From IMG/VR virus record IMGVR_UViG_3300031753_000298, positions 1 to 60,988 of that record: DNA of 60,988 nucleotides; one strand, 5' to 3'. Position 1 is the first letter of the stretch, and each line of letters starts with the position of its first letter. Positions 37,224-46,595 of the stretch are shown one piece after another. The position numbers and the translations under genes were made by a program. The stretch is from a virus (Duplodnaviria; Caudoviricetes). A model generated the notes under the pieces. It saw only the letters and a program-made list of their open reading frames with translations. It ran no database searches and was not told the origin of the DNA.

Positions 37224-37540
37224 CGATCATCTCCGTTTCCGCGAAGCACGCCACGCCGCAAACGATCAGTCAGCTTGTCAACGTTGGCTTGCATGACTTC
37301 ATCTGGAGTGAATCCCATCTCTGTGCAGATTTTCGTCCAGTAGTACAACACGTCTCCGAGTTCTTTCTTCAGAGCCGCCTTATCGATATGATCATCCCGG
37401 AGCAGTTTCTTGATGTGCTCTTGCACTTCGCCCGCTTCCCCGCCGAGACCAAGAGACATAATCGCGAGAGCTTCTTTGAGAGGGCGCCCGTCACTAATCC
37501 ACACGGACTCCACAAATCGCGCGTAATCTTTGAATGTCAT
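37220..37540 (-). CDS. MazG-like nucleotide pyrophosphohydrolase
   Basis: LGLGGEAGEV.E.IKK..RD...ELGDVLYY...N.DKL..R..RG.L.G.GD.R. Confidence 0.88.
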   Translation of the reverse strand: MTFKDYARFVESVWISDGRPLKEALAIMSLGLGGEAGEVQEHIKKLLRDDHIDKAALKKELGDVLYYWTKICTEMGFTPDEVMQANVDKLTDRLRRGVLRGNGDDR

Positions 37541-38220
37541 GGTTGTGGTCCTAAAGGTGCCTCTAACTTCGTGCTCCTTGCCTTCACTTCGGAAATCTGG
37601 TGCTGTCCGGTCGGCAAAAATTCAACCGCCCACACAGATCCGGTGCTCTCCGGGCCGGGCATTCCGGTCTCCTTCGACGGAGTTTCTTTGATCGGCGGCT
37701 CGACGTTCTCCCCGAGCATGGTCCGGAGAGGGTAGAGATTACGCGAGTGCGTAACGAGCACGAGAGCCTGGGTCGGATTCTGCTCGACGTATTGCCGTGC
37801 GGCCTGCACAGGTTTGGAATAGCGACCGATGAAGTCTGAGTAGGATTCACCTTTGGGCACCTTCATGTCCGGGTTGTCTTGGAAATGCTTGAGCGCCGCG
37901 AGGGAGTCATCGTTGATCGGCATCCCAGTGAACTCGCCATACTGCCAGGGCCGGAGCGTCGGCGTAGTGGTCACGGCCGCGCCGGTCTTCTGCGCGATAG
38001 CGTGCGCGGTTTGCTGAGTTCGGGTGAGGTCGCCGGCGTAGATGTGGGCGATCGGGAACTGCGCGACCTTATCGCCAGCCTCGTTCGCTTGCTTGATTCC
38101 GGTCGCATCGAGTTTGGGATCAAGCCAGCCGCGGAACTCCTTCTGAGCGCCCTTGTTCATTTCGGTTTGTCCGTGACGAACTAGAAAAATTGTAGGATTA
38201 GCCAAAACAGAAGTCTTCAT
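37537..38220 (-). CDS. Histidine phosphatase (phosphoglycerate mutase superfamily)
   Basis: LVRHGQT..N, D..L...G..QA, DLTRT.QTA, P.GES, LVTH. Confidence 0.88.
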   Translation of the reverse strand: MKTSVLANPTIFLVRHGQTEMNKGAQKEFRGWLDPKLDATGIKQANEAGDKVAQFPIAHIYAGDLTRTQQTAHAIAQKTGAAVTTTPTLRPWQYGEFTGMPINDDSLAALKHFQDNPDMKVPKGESYSDFIGRYSKPVQAARQYVEQNPTQALVLVTHSRNLYPLRTMLGENVEPPIKETPSKETGMPGPESTGSVWAVEFLPTGQHQISEVKARSTKLEAPLGPQP

Positions 38221-38259
38221 GCAGGGACTCCTAGCCGACCAAATTTCTGTCCTGAAATG

Positions 38260-38511
38260 TCAGCTCGCTGAGTCAACTTTCTTTCTCCTATTCCGTTTCC
38301 CGATATGAGCCATCGCTTCGTGCAGTCCGACATGTCCGAGCCGATACTTCCGATCGTGCTCAACCCATCCTCTACGCGGTTTCTTTCTCCCTAACCCGTG
38401 CCGCGTGAACCCCGTCACGAGAATCAGGCGCCCAGTGTGACGCTCAATCTTGCCTTCTTTATTCTTGAACGTGAAGTCCAGGACGCGTTGAGGGTGTTTA
38501 AGGGCGTTCAT
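38260..38511 (-). CDS. Basic hypothetical protein
   Basis: ATGA coupling to the phosphoesterase gene. Confidence 0.45.
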   Translation of the reverse strand: MNALKHPQRVLDFTFKNKEGKIERHTGRLILVTGFTRHGLGRKKPRRGWVEHDRKYRLGHVGLHEAMAHIGKRNRRKKVDSAS

Positions 38512-39371
38512 CGCAGCGTGATCTCCCACTTCCCAGACGGCTCAAGAATGCAGCGGGCCATCATGGTGTCAGAAGGAGCCATTCCTGCGGTCTCGGCGTA
38601 GGTTCCCCAGTACTCAAGGAAGCTCGAACTCATCACGCCAGCGAACTTCTCCAGACGGATCTTTTTGTTCTGCCGCTTCTCGCGCCAGTCAAAGAGGAGC
38701 ACGACATCGTGTAGATGGCCGACGAGATAGAGCTGACTATCGCCGCGCCCCATAAACCTATGCAGCATCTGGGCTTTGGCGCCTTTTGTGCGCGATCCTG
38801 TTCCTCCGTGCCAAAGAGAGACTTTGAACGGCTCGTGCTCTCCGTAATGGATGTCGATGTACTGCGTGCCAGAAGAGTACGGAATCTTCAGGAGGGTCGC
38901 GAGTAAGTGTCCGAGATCGCCGAACGTTTTCACGCCTCGGCGCTCATGATTTCCGCCAACAAAACCGATCACGCGATGACGCATCGGCATCATCAACTCA
39001 ACGAACCGATATACCTGGCCCTGCGGCTCTACGGTGTTTTCATACGGACTAGCGATTGAGATTACAGTCGCAGCATCTACAAGATCTCCGCCAAAGAACA
39101 CAAACCGGTTCGGCTTTGCTAGAACCCAGTCCCGAAACTCAATTACGCGCTCGACCTTGCAGGACATGTGACCGTACTGCACGTCTGTGATCATCAGGAG
39201 TTCAATGCCGTTGGGGAACTCTTCCGGGTCGAACTTGACACTGAGATACTTCAGTTCGTCGCCGTACTGCATCGTGCCGCGGACCTGGACGATATCTTCC
39301 GGGGCATTCTTCCAAAGACGCGTGAGGTAATCACCAGTCGTAGCGACGAGGGCTTTTGTGTGTGGAGGCAT
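38508..39371 (-). CDS. Calcineurin-like metallophosphoesterase
   Basis: TDVQYG, GGDLVD, GNHE, WHG, GHLH. Confidence 0.85.
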   Translation of the reverse strand: MPPHTKALVATTGDYLTRLWKNAPEDIVQVRGTMQYGDELKYLSVKFDPEEFPNGIELLMITDVQYGHMSCKVERVIEFRDWVLAKPNRFVFFGGDLVDAATVISIASPYENTVEPQGQVYRFVELMMPMRHRVIGFVGGNHERRGVKTFGDLGHLLATLLKIPYSSGTQYIDIHYGEHEPFKVSLWHGGTGSRTKGAKAQMLHRFMGRGDSQLYLVGHLHDVVLLFDWREKRQNKKIRLEKFAGVMSSSFLEYWGTYAETAGMAPSDTMMARCILEPSGKWEITLR

Positions 39372-39722
39372 TTAGAGTTTGTTCTCCTGAATTTTACGAT
39401 GAAGATAAGTACTACGCCTTTTCCAACGATTTTGCTCTGACGACCAAGACCGAATCTGACTTTGGCGGTAGGTTCCGTCAACCTGTTTTACCTGACAAGT
39501 TGAACATCGCAGTTGGCCTCGATCTATCCAAGTTCCTCGCTTAACCTGTCTATCTGGATGATATTTACATCGCGGTCTTTTTCCTTTATCCCACTGAGCT
39601 TTTCGTCTGACTATTGCAAGATCTCGAAGACACTTCGTGCAACGAGCTGAATGAGGGCTAGTTTTTGCCGTGCTAGGCGCAACAAATCTGACCTTACACT
39701 TGACACATTTCTGTCGGCGCAT
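39372..39722 (-). CDS. Cys-rich basic protein
   Basis: CVKC, CTKC, CKYH, CSTC motifs. Confidence 0.5.
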   Translation of the reverse strand: MRRQKCVKCKVRFVAPSTAKTSPHSARCTKCLRDLAIVRRKAQWDKGKRPRCKYHPDRQVKRGTWIDRGQLRCSTCQVKQVDGTYRQSQIRSWSSEQNRWKRRSTYLHRKIQENKL

Positions 39723-39967
39723 GTCCCTCTGTTATGTCGTCCATTTTAGCAGAAATCCCGCAATAAATCAAGGGATTTCCTCGGTCTCTTGTTCTGTGCA
39801 GGCCGTAGGCTCGCCATCTCTTCCGGAGCATCTGGGCCGTCTGCACAGGCGGAATGATAAAGATCGAGACATGGATCGAGGAGCTGGGCGTCGAGTTCGT
39901 GTGGATAGGTCGCGCTTTTCATGTCTCTATTATCTCGCATGTTTTCCGAGACTGCTAAGTTGCTCAA

Positions 39968-40291
39968 TCACCAGAGATTATCGAACGCCCCCTGGCGAAC
40001 AAGTTTGCGCATCCGTCGCTTGAATCGAGACCCGTGAAAATGCTCCTGCGGTGTCTTGGGAAATTCTACGTGACACATTTCATGAAGCAGCGTGGTGCAT
40101 GCAATGCGTTCAAGAAATTGCAGTTCGTGTCGCAGGACGATGTACTGCGGAACCCAATTTGTAATGCGTGTTTCCGCAACATGATTAGGAGCAGTCTTCC
40201 CAAAATAAACCCGTAGGCGTTTCGGTAGCCGATTGCCGAAGTACGTTTTGTTGTAGGACTTATAGTAATCGCGTAGCTCAGCGCTCGTCAT
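39968..40291 (-). CDS. SprT-like zinc metalloprotease
   Basis: YN..YF.N.LP, TLLHEMCH, HG..F. Confidence 0.8.
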   Translation of the reverse strand: MTSAELRDYYKSYNKTYFGNRLPKRLRVYFGKTAPNHVAETRITNWVPQYIVLRHELQFLERIACTTLLHEMCHVEFPKTPQEHFHGSRFKRRMRKLVRQGAFDNLW

Positions 40292-41160
40292 ATCTCACCC
40301 TCAAACGGATCTTTCCACCGAGTCCGATGGATGGAAACCGTCGAGCGGGCATTCTGCATAGTGCGGAGAACGTAGTCACGGCGCCGGAGCTTCGCGCGAG
40401 GTTTCGCCCTCTTCAAGAACTCCGCTATATTCTGCTCCACCGTGGCGTCGGCGCCCATGTCTCGAACGACGGCGCAAGCCAGGGAGAATTCCGCACCGCT
40501 CGCGGACTCGTCGGAGTCGCCGGGCGAGACGGGCGGGATATAGGAGGAGCGGATTTCGGCGTCCGTCAACTCTCCAAAATAGATCGTGAAGAACTCCGTC
40601 AAATCGCGAGTCTCAATCTGTGCAGACAAAGCCCCGGACGGCGTGTCTGTAATCCACGGTTCTTGCAGAGCACTGATTACTTGACCAGTCACCGTGAAGT
40701 ACCGCCCGCTCACGTACGCCTCAAGAGCCGGGTGCTTGTCTGGAGGATGCTGCACAGACAGATTGGTCATCTTTATTTTTCGTCCGCGGACCGGCATCGT
40801 GGCTTTGCACCAGATGTGGAAGCCTCGTCCGCTCGGCGAGAGTTCGGTGTAACTGTTCACGTGAGCGATAATCTGCCATGCCCAATGCTCAGTTTCTCCT
40901 GTCTTCGGATCTCTACACACATCCAGATCGAGCGCGCAGTAAGGCGGCGCGATCACGCATCCTGGTCCGTGGAAGTACTTGCCTCCTTTCAGTACCTGTT
41001 CGAACGTGCTCCATGTGGACGGGTCGGTGCTGCTCGCGAGTTCCAACGACTTCACATCAAAAAGAACTTTGGTGAATCTGCCGTCCCTCTCCTCATTACG
41101 ATACCCGACCCAGCGAGGGAGTTTGCGCAACTCCTCGGGAAATTTTGAGAAGTCACTCAT
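40288..41160 (-). CDS. Primase-polymerase (NrS-1-like AEP) without fused helicase
   Basis: PEEL..LPRWV, ASSTDPSTW.TF, ALDLD, YTELSPSG.G.HIW, E.Y..GRYFTVTG, D.S.S..EF. Confidence 0.85.
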   Translation of the reverse strand: MSDFSKFPEELRKLPRWVGYRNEERDGRFTKVLFDVKSLELASSTDPSTWSTFEQVLKGGKYFHGPGCVIAPPYCALDLDVCRDPKTGETEHWAWQIIAHVNSYTELSPSGRGFHIWCKATMPVRGRKIKMTNLSVQHPPDKHPALEAYVSGRYFTVTGQVISALQEPWITDTPSGALSAQIETRDLTEFFTIYFGELTDAEIRSSYIPPVSPGDSDESASGAEFSLACAVVRDMGADATVEQNIAEFLKRAKPRAKLRRRDYVLRTMQNARSTVSIHRTRWKDPFEGEI

Positions 41161-43088
41161 TTCTGCTGCTCTCCCCACGACCGGCCCCAGGACGGACCAG
41201 AATTGATCGTCACGATTGGAATAATGAAGCCCGGCATTTCTTCTGAGGGAGTCTCCATATCCTCCACAAGCCACTGCATCGCTGTCTTCGGATCGATCTC
41301 TTCTTTGACGTAGCAAAGGATCTCGTCGTGAATACTCAACACGAATCTCATCAAGCCCTCTCGCTTCCAGCGCCGATGGAGGTTGAGAGTCGCGAGCTTG
41401 ATGAAATGGGCCACGGGACTCTGTTGTTGCATCGCCTGTGCAGTCTTCATTCTGTCTGCCGGATCACCATAGGAAATAAGTAGATAGCCATGTGGAGTCC
41501 TCACCGCATGTTCCTTCTCGCATTGCAACGAGACACTCTTCTGAAAATCTCGCACGCCAGGAAAACGAGTGAAGTATTTGTTCGCAACTTCTAAGGCTTT
41601 CCGTCGATTTGAGTAGCTGGCATCGCCGAATACTCTCCGGGCCAAATTCACGCCCGTAAAACTTACTACCTTGCCGTCGAAGGTCCACTCAGGAAATACG
41701 ATTCGAGCGCCTGCGGCGATCTCTTGCTTGATCCGTGTGCCGCGCAGCTCTTGCGGAGTTTTAAGTTGGATCCCTTCCAGAATATTGCCGGCATGCTGGA
41801 TCGACTTTGCCGCCTCGCGTGCATTGCCGAGCGTTTTGGAAATTTCCATTTCTTCTGTCAGACCTGAAATCTCTTTCACGTAATCATGCAAATCAACGTC
41901 ACGATCTATCTGGTAGCCTGACCGAAACAGCACCACACGATTCTCTGCGTTCGAATAGTCCGCACGCAAAATGTACCAACCCGGCGGCGCGATGATCGCT
42001 TTGCGGTAAGCCTTCCCGATGGACTTGCGTCGTTTCCCTATGTTCTGCAGGTTGGGCGAGCTGCACATCAGACGAGACGAACTAGTGAAATAGGCAAGAT
42101 GCGGATGAATGAATCCATTCGGATCAGTGTAGCCCTCAATATATCCCGTCTTCGGATCCACGTACTGATCCTGAAACCAGCGATCCGGTCCGTTCCCGAG
42201 CTGCTTGAAGTCCAGCAGTTTCACAAGATCAGGCGGCGCGAGATCGTCTCCGCCTAACTCCTCAACCGCATCCTTGATCGTTTCTTCCTGATTATCGTCG
42301 AGCTTCAGGCCGTGCTTCGCTTTGAAGTACGCGATCACTTGTTGCGAACTCTTCGGATTGAACGGGAGTTCAGCCTCTAGTGCGGCGCGATCTTTCTCAT
42401 GAGCTAACCGCAGCTCTTGCACGTAAGGCTTATCGACAAACACGCCGTACTCACGCGCCTCGGCGAGAGCAACAGCTAACTCTCTGTGCAGAACGTAGAG
42501 TTTGTCTAGCCCACGCAGGGCCATACTCCGATTGAGATGAGGGAGCGACAGGATCGGGGCTGCAGCGTCTAGTCCGTTGTATCCCTGCTCATCGTGGACC
42601 GGACACGGGCCAGAACACACATCACCTCGACAATCTTTCCAGTGCGGCAGATCGGTATAGAGCGAACTCATAGTCCACAAATTGTTGAACCCGCGCCCCC
42701 GTTTCTCTCCTTGGTCTTCTTCGAGCGCAGCTTTGCCCGAAGACTTCGAGAGGTGCATGTTCACTAGCCAATGCTTGATGATCGTGTCTTCGATGTTTTC
42801 GAGATTCAGTTCAATCCCAACATTCTTGAGAACTCTTAGATCCGCTCCCACGAGATTGTGACCGGCGAACACCGTTTCTGGATGCGCCGCAAGAAGCGCT
42901 CGAAAGAGTTCGCGTCCTTCGCTGAACGGAACTGAAACGTGAAGTTCGCCGTCCGAGAGACCGAGGATCGTCGGGCGGCCTTCTTGGTTGAATTCGAGAT
43001 CGAAGCCGAGCGTGGTTTTGCCATAAAACCTCCTGATGTCGTTTGGATCGCGCGAGACCGCGGGCCAAGTTGGGAGGAACGTGTACAC
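41157..43088 (-). CDS. Family A DNA polymerase with 3'-5' exonuclease domain
   Basis: Exo GFDLEF, GHN, YNGLD; SRL.CSSPNLQNI; motif A ADYSNAENRV; motif B REAAKSIQHAGN; motif C IHDEI. Confidence 0.9.
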   Translation of the reverse strand: MYTFLPTWPAVSRDPNDIRRFYGKTTLGFDLEFNQEGRPTILGLSDGELHVSVPFSEGRELFRALLAAHPETVFAGHNLVGADLRVLKNVGIELNLENIEDTIIKHWLVNMHLSKSSGKAALEEDQGEKRGRGFNNLWTMSSLYTDLPHWKDCRGDVCSGPCPVHDEQGYNGLDAAAPILSLPHLNRSMALRGLDKLYVLHRELAVALAEAREYGVFVDKPYVQELRLAHEKDRAALEAELPFNPKSSQQVIAYFKAKHGLKLDDNQEETIKDAVEELGGDDLAPPDLVKLLDFKQLGNGPDRWFQDQYVDPKTGYIEGYTDPNGFIHPHLAYFTSSSRLMCSSPNLQNIGKRRKSIGKAYRKAIIAPPGWYILRADYSNAENRVVLFRSGYQIDRDVDLHDYVKEISGLTEEMEISKTLGNAREAAKSIQHAGNILEGIQLKTPQELRGTRIKQEIAAGARIVFPEWTFDGKVVSFTGVNLARRVFGDASYSNRRKALEVANKYFTRFPGVRDFQKSVSLQCEKEHAVRTPHGYLLISYGDPADRMKTAQAMQQQSPVAHFIKLATLNLHRRWKREGLMRFVLSIHDEILCYVKEEIDPKTAMQWLVEDMETPSEEMPGFIIPIVTINSGPSWGRSWGEQQK

Positions 43089-43349
43089 CTAATTCTCCAC
43101 ATCCGTCCGCTTCAGCAACTGCGCGCTCCCCTTCTGCTTATTCTCCCGGATCTGCTTCGCGAGCTTCTCGAAGATGACGGGCTGCTGCTGAATCGGCACG
43201 TTCGAGATGGACTGGAGGAGATCCGGTTCGCCCGCGAAAATGAAGATGCAGTAGAGACCAGCAGAGTCGGCCTTCTCCATTAAGTCTTCGGCGTAGCTCT
43301 GTAACGTTGTTCCATGAATGTCTTTATAGTCCACGAGCTTCTTTGGCAT
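43089..43349 (-). CDS. Hypothetical protein
   Basis: MPKKLVDYKD... with GAGGA Shine-Dalgarno. Confidence 0.5.
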   Translation of the reverse strand: MPKKLVDYKDIHGTTLQSYAEDLMEKADSAGLYCIFIFAGEPDLLQSISNVPIQQQPVIFEKLAKQIRENKQKGSAQLLKRTDVEN

Positions 43350-43372
43350 TTTCTTAATCCTCGTCTGACTCA

Positions 43373-44275
43373 CTAGATTTCTCCCTTGAACGGATCCACA
43401 AATTTCGTCTTCATCTTTTTGGGCTTCCGCGGCGCACCAGAGCCTGCCACTTTTCGCTTCTTCGCCTTGAACTCGAATCGCTCGCGATACGTTTCGATCC
43501 AGTCGGCAGCGAGAGCGGCATAATGCCCGCGCCAACGAGTGACATTACTCGCGTAGCGCAAGAACGCTTGCGCTGCCTTGCCTCCAAGTAGGCTAAGAAC
43601 CCGGCGACCTTGTTGAGTGAAGTCGCGAACTTTTTCTGCATCTTTGACGGCAAGTGGGAGAGGAGTGATTTCGCGAAGTATACCCGCTGGATGCAATCCC
43701 ACCACGACCGTATCTGGTCGGAACTTATCGAGTCGGTCCCACATCCGGCAGGCTTTCTCGGCTCCTTGCCGCGTAGTCCCGGTCGGGTACTTCGGGACTC
43801 CTTTGACGAACGAGACGCACCTAATCGTGTTGTCGAGGTAGACTTCTTCACGTTTTATCCCTGCCTTCGGCCATATCCAGAACTGTAAAGCGGCGCCACT
43901 CTGACCCACGACTGGCGCACCCTGCGATAAGAACTTGAGCGGGACATCAGGATAGTCACGCCGGCGAGTCCGGATCTCTGCCGAGACCGTTTCCGAATCG
44001 CTCCAAAAAGCGCGACCAGGAACGGGCGAGAGTTGAAACGAGACTTCTTCCCTTCCAGGGGCTTCGAGTACAAACGCGTAGCGCGCCGTAAGTGGATCTC
44101 CAGAGCCAGCAACAAACCCTCGTCCGACAGATTCGAAAGACTTTCCGTCTGCACAGTGCTCATTAACGTGTGTTTCAAGTTGTTCTCCACAGTGGCGGCA
44201 GGTACACGCGAGCGGGCAGCCCGCGGCGTAGCATTGTTCAGGTTTATCGCGCATCGTCCGTGCAGTCCTTAACAA
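43373..44275 (-). CDS. Uracil-DNA glycosylase family 4-like protein (SPO1 polymerase N-domain type)
   Basis: C...CPL, V.GSG, LEAPGREE, PVVGQSG, AGI.REEVY.DN.IRC, HPA.ILR. Confidence 0.7.
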   Translation of the reverse strand: MLRTARTMRDKPEQCYAAGCPLACTCRHCGEQLETHVNEHCADGKSFESVGRGFVAGSGDPLTARYAFVLEAPGREEVSFQLSPVPGRAFWSDSETVSAEIRTRRRDYPDVPLKFLSQGAPVVGQSGAALQFWIWPKAGIKREEVYLDNTIRCVSFVKGVPKYPTGTTRQGAEKACRMWDRLDKFRPDTVVVGLHPAGILREITPLPLAVKDAEKVRDFTQQGRRVLSLLGGKAAQAFLRYASNVTRWRGHYAALAADWIETYRERFEFKAKKRKVAGSGAPRKPKKMKTKFVDPFKGEI

Positions 44276-44284
44276 TTAAGTGTC

Positions 44285-44821
44285 TTATGGGGCAAACAAG
44301 AGAACGCCCCAAACAAGAAGCGCGATATTCCTTTTGACCAAAACAGACAACTCATGAAGGCTGGCGTCTCCTTTTAGTTTATTCGCACGCCAACTGATGA
44401 CCCAAACGTTTCCGGGAACATATCCCAACTCTGGAATGATTCGGTCAAGAGATGGTCCTTGAGGAGATTGTTTGCCTGTATTTTTCGTAAATACGAATGG
44501 TGTTCCGAACACAGGACACCGATCAGGAATCACAATATCAGCAAGCGTTAAGGAGTAAGGAACTTTTCTTTCCTTCGCATTTTTCCGCGCGTTTGAAAGC
44601 ATAATCAGTTCTGGATGTGATTCCCTCCATTTTAGGCAGACCATTTTGCTTCTCTCCGGATTGAGTACACGCCATTCTTTTGATTTTTCTTTTGCCTCAG
44701 CACGATGCCGAGATCGCCAAACAGCATGACAGGTTTTACATGCTCCAGTGGATTCTTCGACAGTGGACAAGGTTCGGGGATGTCCCCATTTACAAAATGA
44801 TTTGCGCGGTATTCTACTCAT
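44285..44821 (-). CDS. Free-standing HNH-type homing endonuclease
   Basis: FCKWGH...CKTC; IPDRCPVFG.P...PSLDRIIPELGYVPGNVWVISWRAN; same family as 7356-7907. Confidence 0.8.
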   Translation of the reverse strand: MSRIPRKSFCKWGHPRTLSTVEESTGACKTCHAVWRSRHRAEAKEKSKEWRVLNPERSKMVCLKWRESHPELIMLSNARKNAKERKVPYSLTLADIVIPDRCPVFGTPFVFTKNTGKQSPQGPSLDRIIPELGYVPGNVWVISWRANKLKGDASLHELSVLVKRNIALLVWGVLLFAP

Positions 44822-46367
44822 CGATGTAGTACAACTCCCTACGAGCACGTGTGGTGGCGACGTAGACAAGATTCGTCTCCTGCTCCCGCTGCGTGTCTAA
44901 CTTCATCGCCCAAGACGGAAAGAACAGATTCTGATTCAGGATGAACACTCGGTCCCACTCGCCGCCTTTCGCCTTGTGGACCGTGGACAGGATCACTTTG
45001 TCCTGTGCAGAACCCTCTCCATCCTGGAACATCCCCTCGATATCTCTCCGCAACTCCGCCAACGTGCGCGGTTCCTCGTTCAGAAACACCCTCAGAGTCT
45101 GGACCCGATCGCTCAATCGGTCCGCCTCATCCGGCTTCCTTTGCGCGTAGAGCTTCCCGATCTCGTTGCTCGACCACACACTCAGCTCATCCTTTATCGC
45201 CTGCACAGACGCGGATTCGGCCCAGTTGGATTTCTCGACCCGTTTCTGTATGCGTGTGAGCAACGCGAGGATCCCCGCCCCAATATCGCGCCCGATCACT
45301 TTGTTCGAAACCCGCGCCCGGATCAACGCGAACGCGCGCGCGATCAGCGGGGCGTTATTTCTGCACAGGATCACGTCGCCGGGCCGGAACGTCGAATCGT
45401 CCCAGTTGACTCCGAGCTGCGTAACCGATCCATCCGGGGCGTTCGGCGCCGGCTCAATATGGCTCACGTACATCCGCGCTCTCTCCACAACCTTGCGTGG
45501 GCACCGATAGCTCACAGTGAGCGGAAGCTCGATCGCTGCGAATTCCTGCTGAAGCTCCGCAATTGAGTTCGTCCCGGCGCCGCGGAAGCCGTAGATTGCC
45601 TGTCGAGGATCTCCAACCGCGATCAGCCGGCCGTCCGGAGCGAGCGATCGCCGAATGATGGCTTTCTGCATCTCGTTGATATCCTGAGCCTCATCTACGA
45701 AGACTAAATCGTATTTGCGGAACGGAGCGTTGAAGATGAGCGGCATATATATCTGATCGTTGAAATCAAATTTAGCCTGTGCAGCATCCTCGACGAGAGC
45801 GAGACGGATGGAGATCGAGAGAACTTCACGTGCGAACCGGATGAGTTCTTTCGAATCGACCCACTCGATTTCATAACGATCCATCAAGCCGAGCCAGTTC
45901 GTATCGTAATCACCAACGAGACCTTTTGCGTCTTCACCAACCTGCCGTGTCTCCGGCACAATCCCCGCGTTCTGCGCCATGCTCACGAGCTTCTTGGTCG
46001 CGCTCATGAAATCTTTGTTCCGGTTCGGCGTGCGGTCCCGGATGATGTTCGAGAGTTTGTACGCGTCCGGCGCGAGCGTGCGGCCCGTGAACTTCGCCCA
46101 GGCCCGCGACCCGAGGGCGTTCAGGGTCATCGCGGAGACGCTGGACGGGAGCCTCTTCTTGAGTTCATCCGCGATCCGCCTGTTGAACGCGATGAAGAGA
46201 GAGTCGGTCTCCATCGGGAGCCGATGTGCGGCCTCAACTATTGTGCTTGTCTTGCCCGAGCCTGCCACGGCCACGACGGTTGCTGATCCGGCTCCGTTCT
46301 GCACAAAGGCGAATATGGCTTCTTGCTGAGGGGACCACGCGAGTTTTGGAACGACGAGAGTGCTCAA
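44814..46367 (-). CDS. UvrD/Rep-like SF1 helicase
   Basis: AVAGSGKT, VDEAQD, VGDPRQAIYGFRGA, L..SYRCP, STVHKAKG.E, YVATTRAR. Confidence 0.92.
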   Translation of the reverse strand: MSTLVVPKLAWSPQQEAIFAFVQNGAGSATVVAVAGSGKTSTIVEAAHRLPMETDSLFIAFNRRIADELKKRLPSSVSAMTLNALGSRAWAKFTGRTLAPDAYKLSNIIRDRTPNRNKDFMSATKKLVSMAQNAGIVPETRQVGEDAKGLVGDYDTNWLGLMDRYEIEWVDSKELIRFAREVLSISIRLALVEDAAQAKFDFNDQIYMPLIFNAPFRKYDLVFVDEAQDINEMQKAIIRRSLAPDGRLIAVGDPRQAIYGFRGAGTNSIAELQQEFAAIELPLTVSYRCPRKVVERARMYVSHIEPAPNAPDGSVTQLGVNWDDSTFRPGDVILCRNNAPLIARAFALIRARVSNKVIGRDIGAGILALLTRIQKRVEKSNWAESASVQAIKDELSVWSSNEIGKLYAQRKPDEADRLSDRVQTLRVFLNEEPRTLAELRRDIEGMFQDGEGSAQDKVILSTVHKAKGGEWDRVFILNQNLFFPSWAMKLDTQREQETNLVYVATTRARRELYYIDE

Positions 46368-46595
46368 TTTTATCTCCAGAGAAAGCTCGGGCCGGACAGA
46401 AGGAGGAAACTATCCGGCCCTTCACTTCAGCGCGTGGGGGAAAAGTTAGTGGGACTGTGGTCTGCTAGGCTAATTAAAAGTCCCCAACCCGAAGGTTTAG
46501 CCTCTATTACACGGGACCACTCGCGGGAGGTTCGTATCAGCCTGTCCCCTCCATCCGATCACTTGCATGCAGTGGCTGATCGGAGAATGTCCAGC

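Noticed and set aside
36184-43088. 2-aminoadenine (Z) or 7-deazaguanine genome
   Set aside because: No purZ, dpdA or preQ0 pathway genes are visible; DUF5664 and MazG alone are insufficient.
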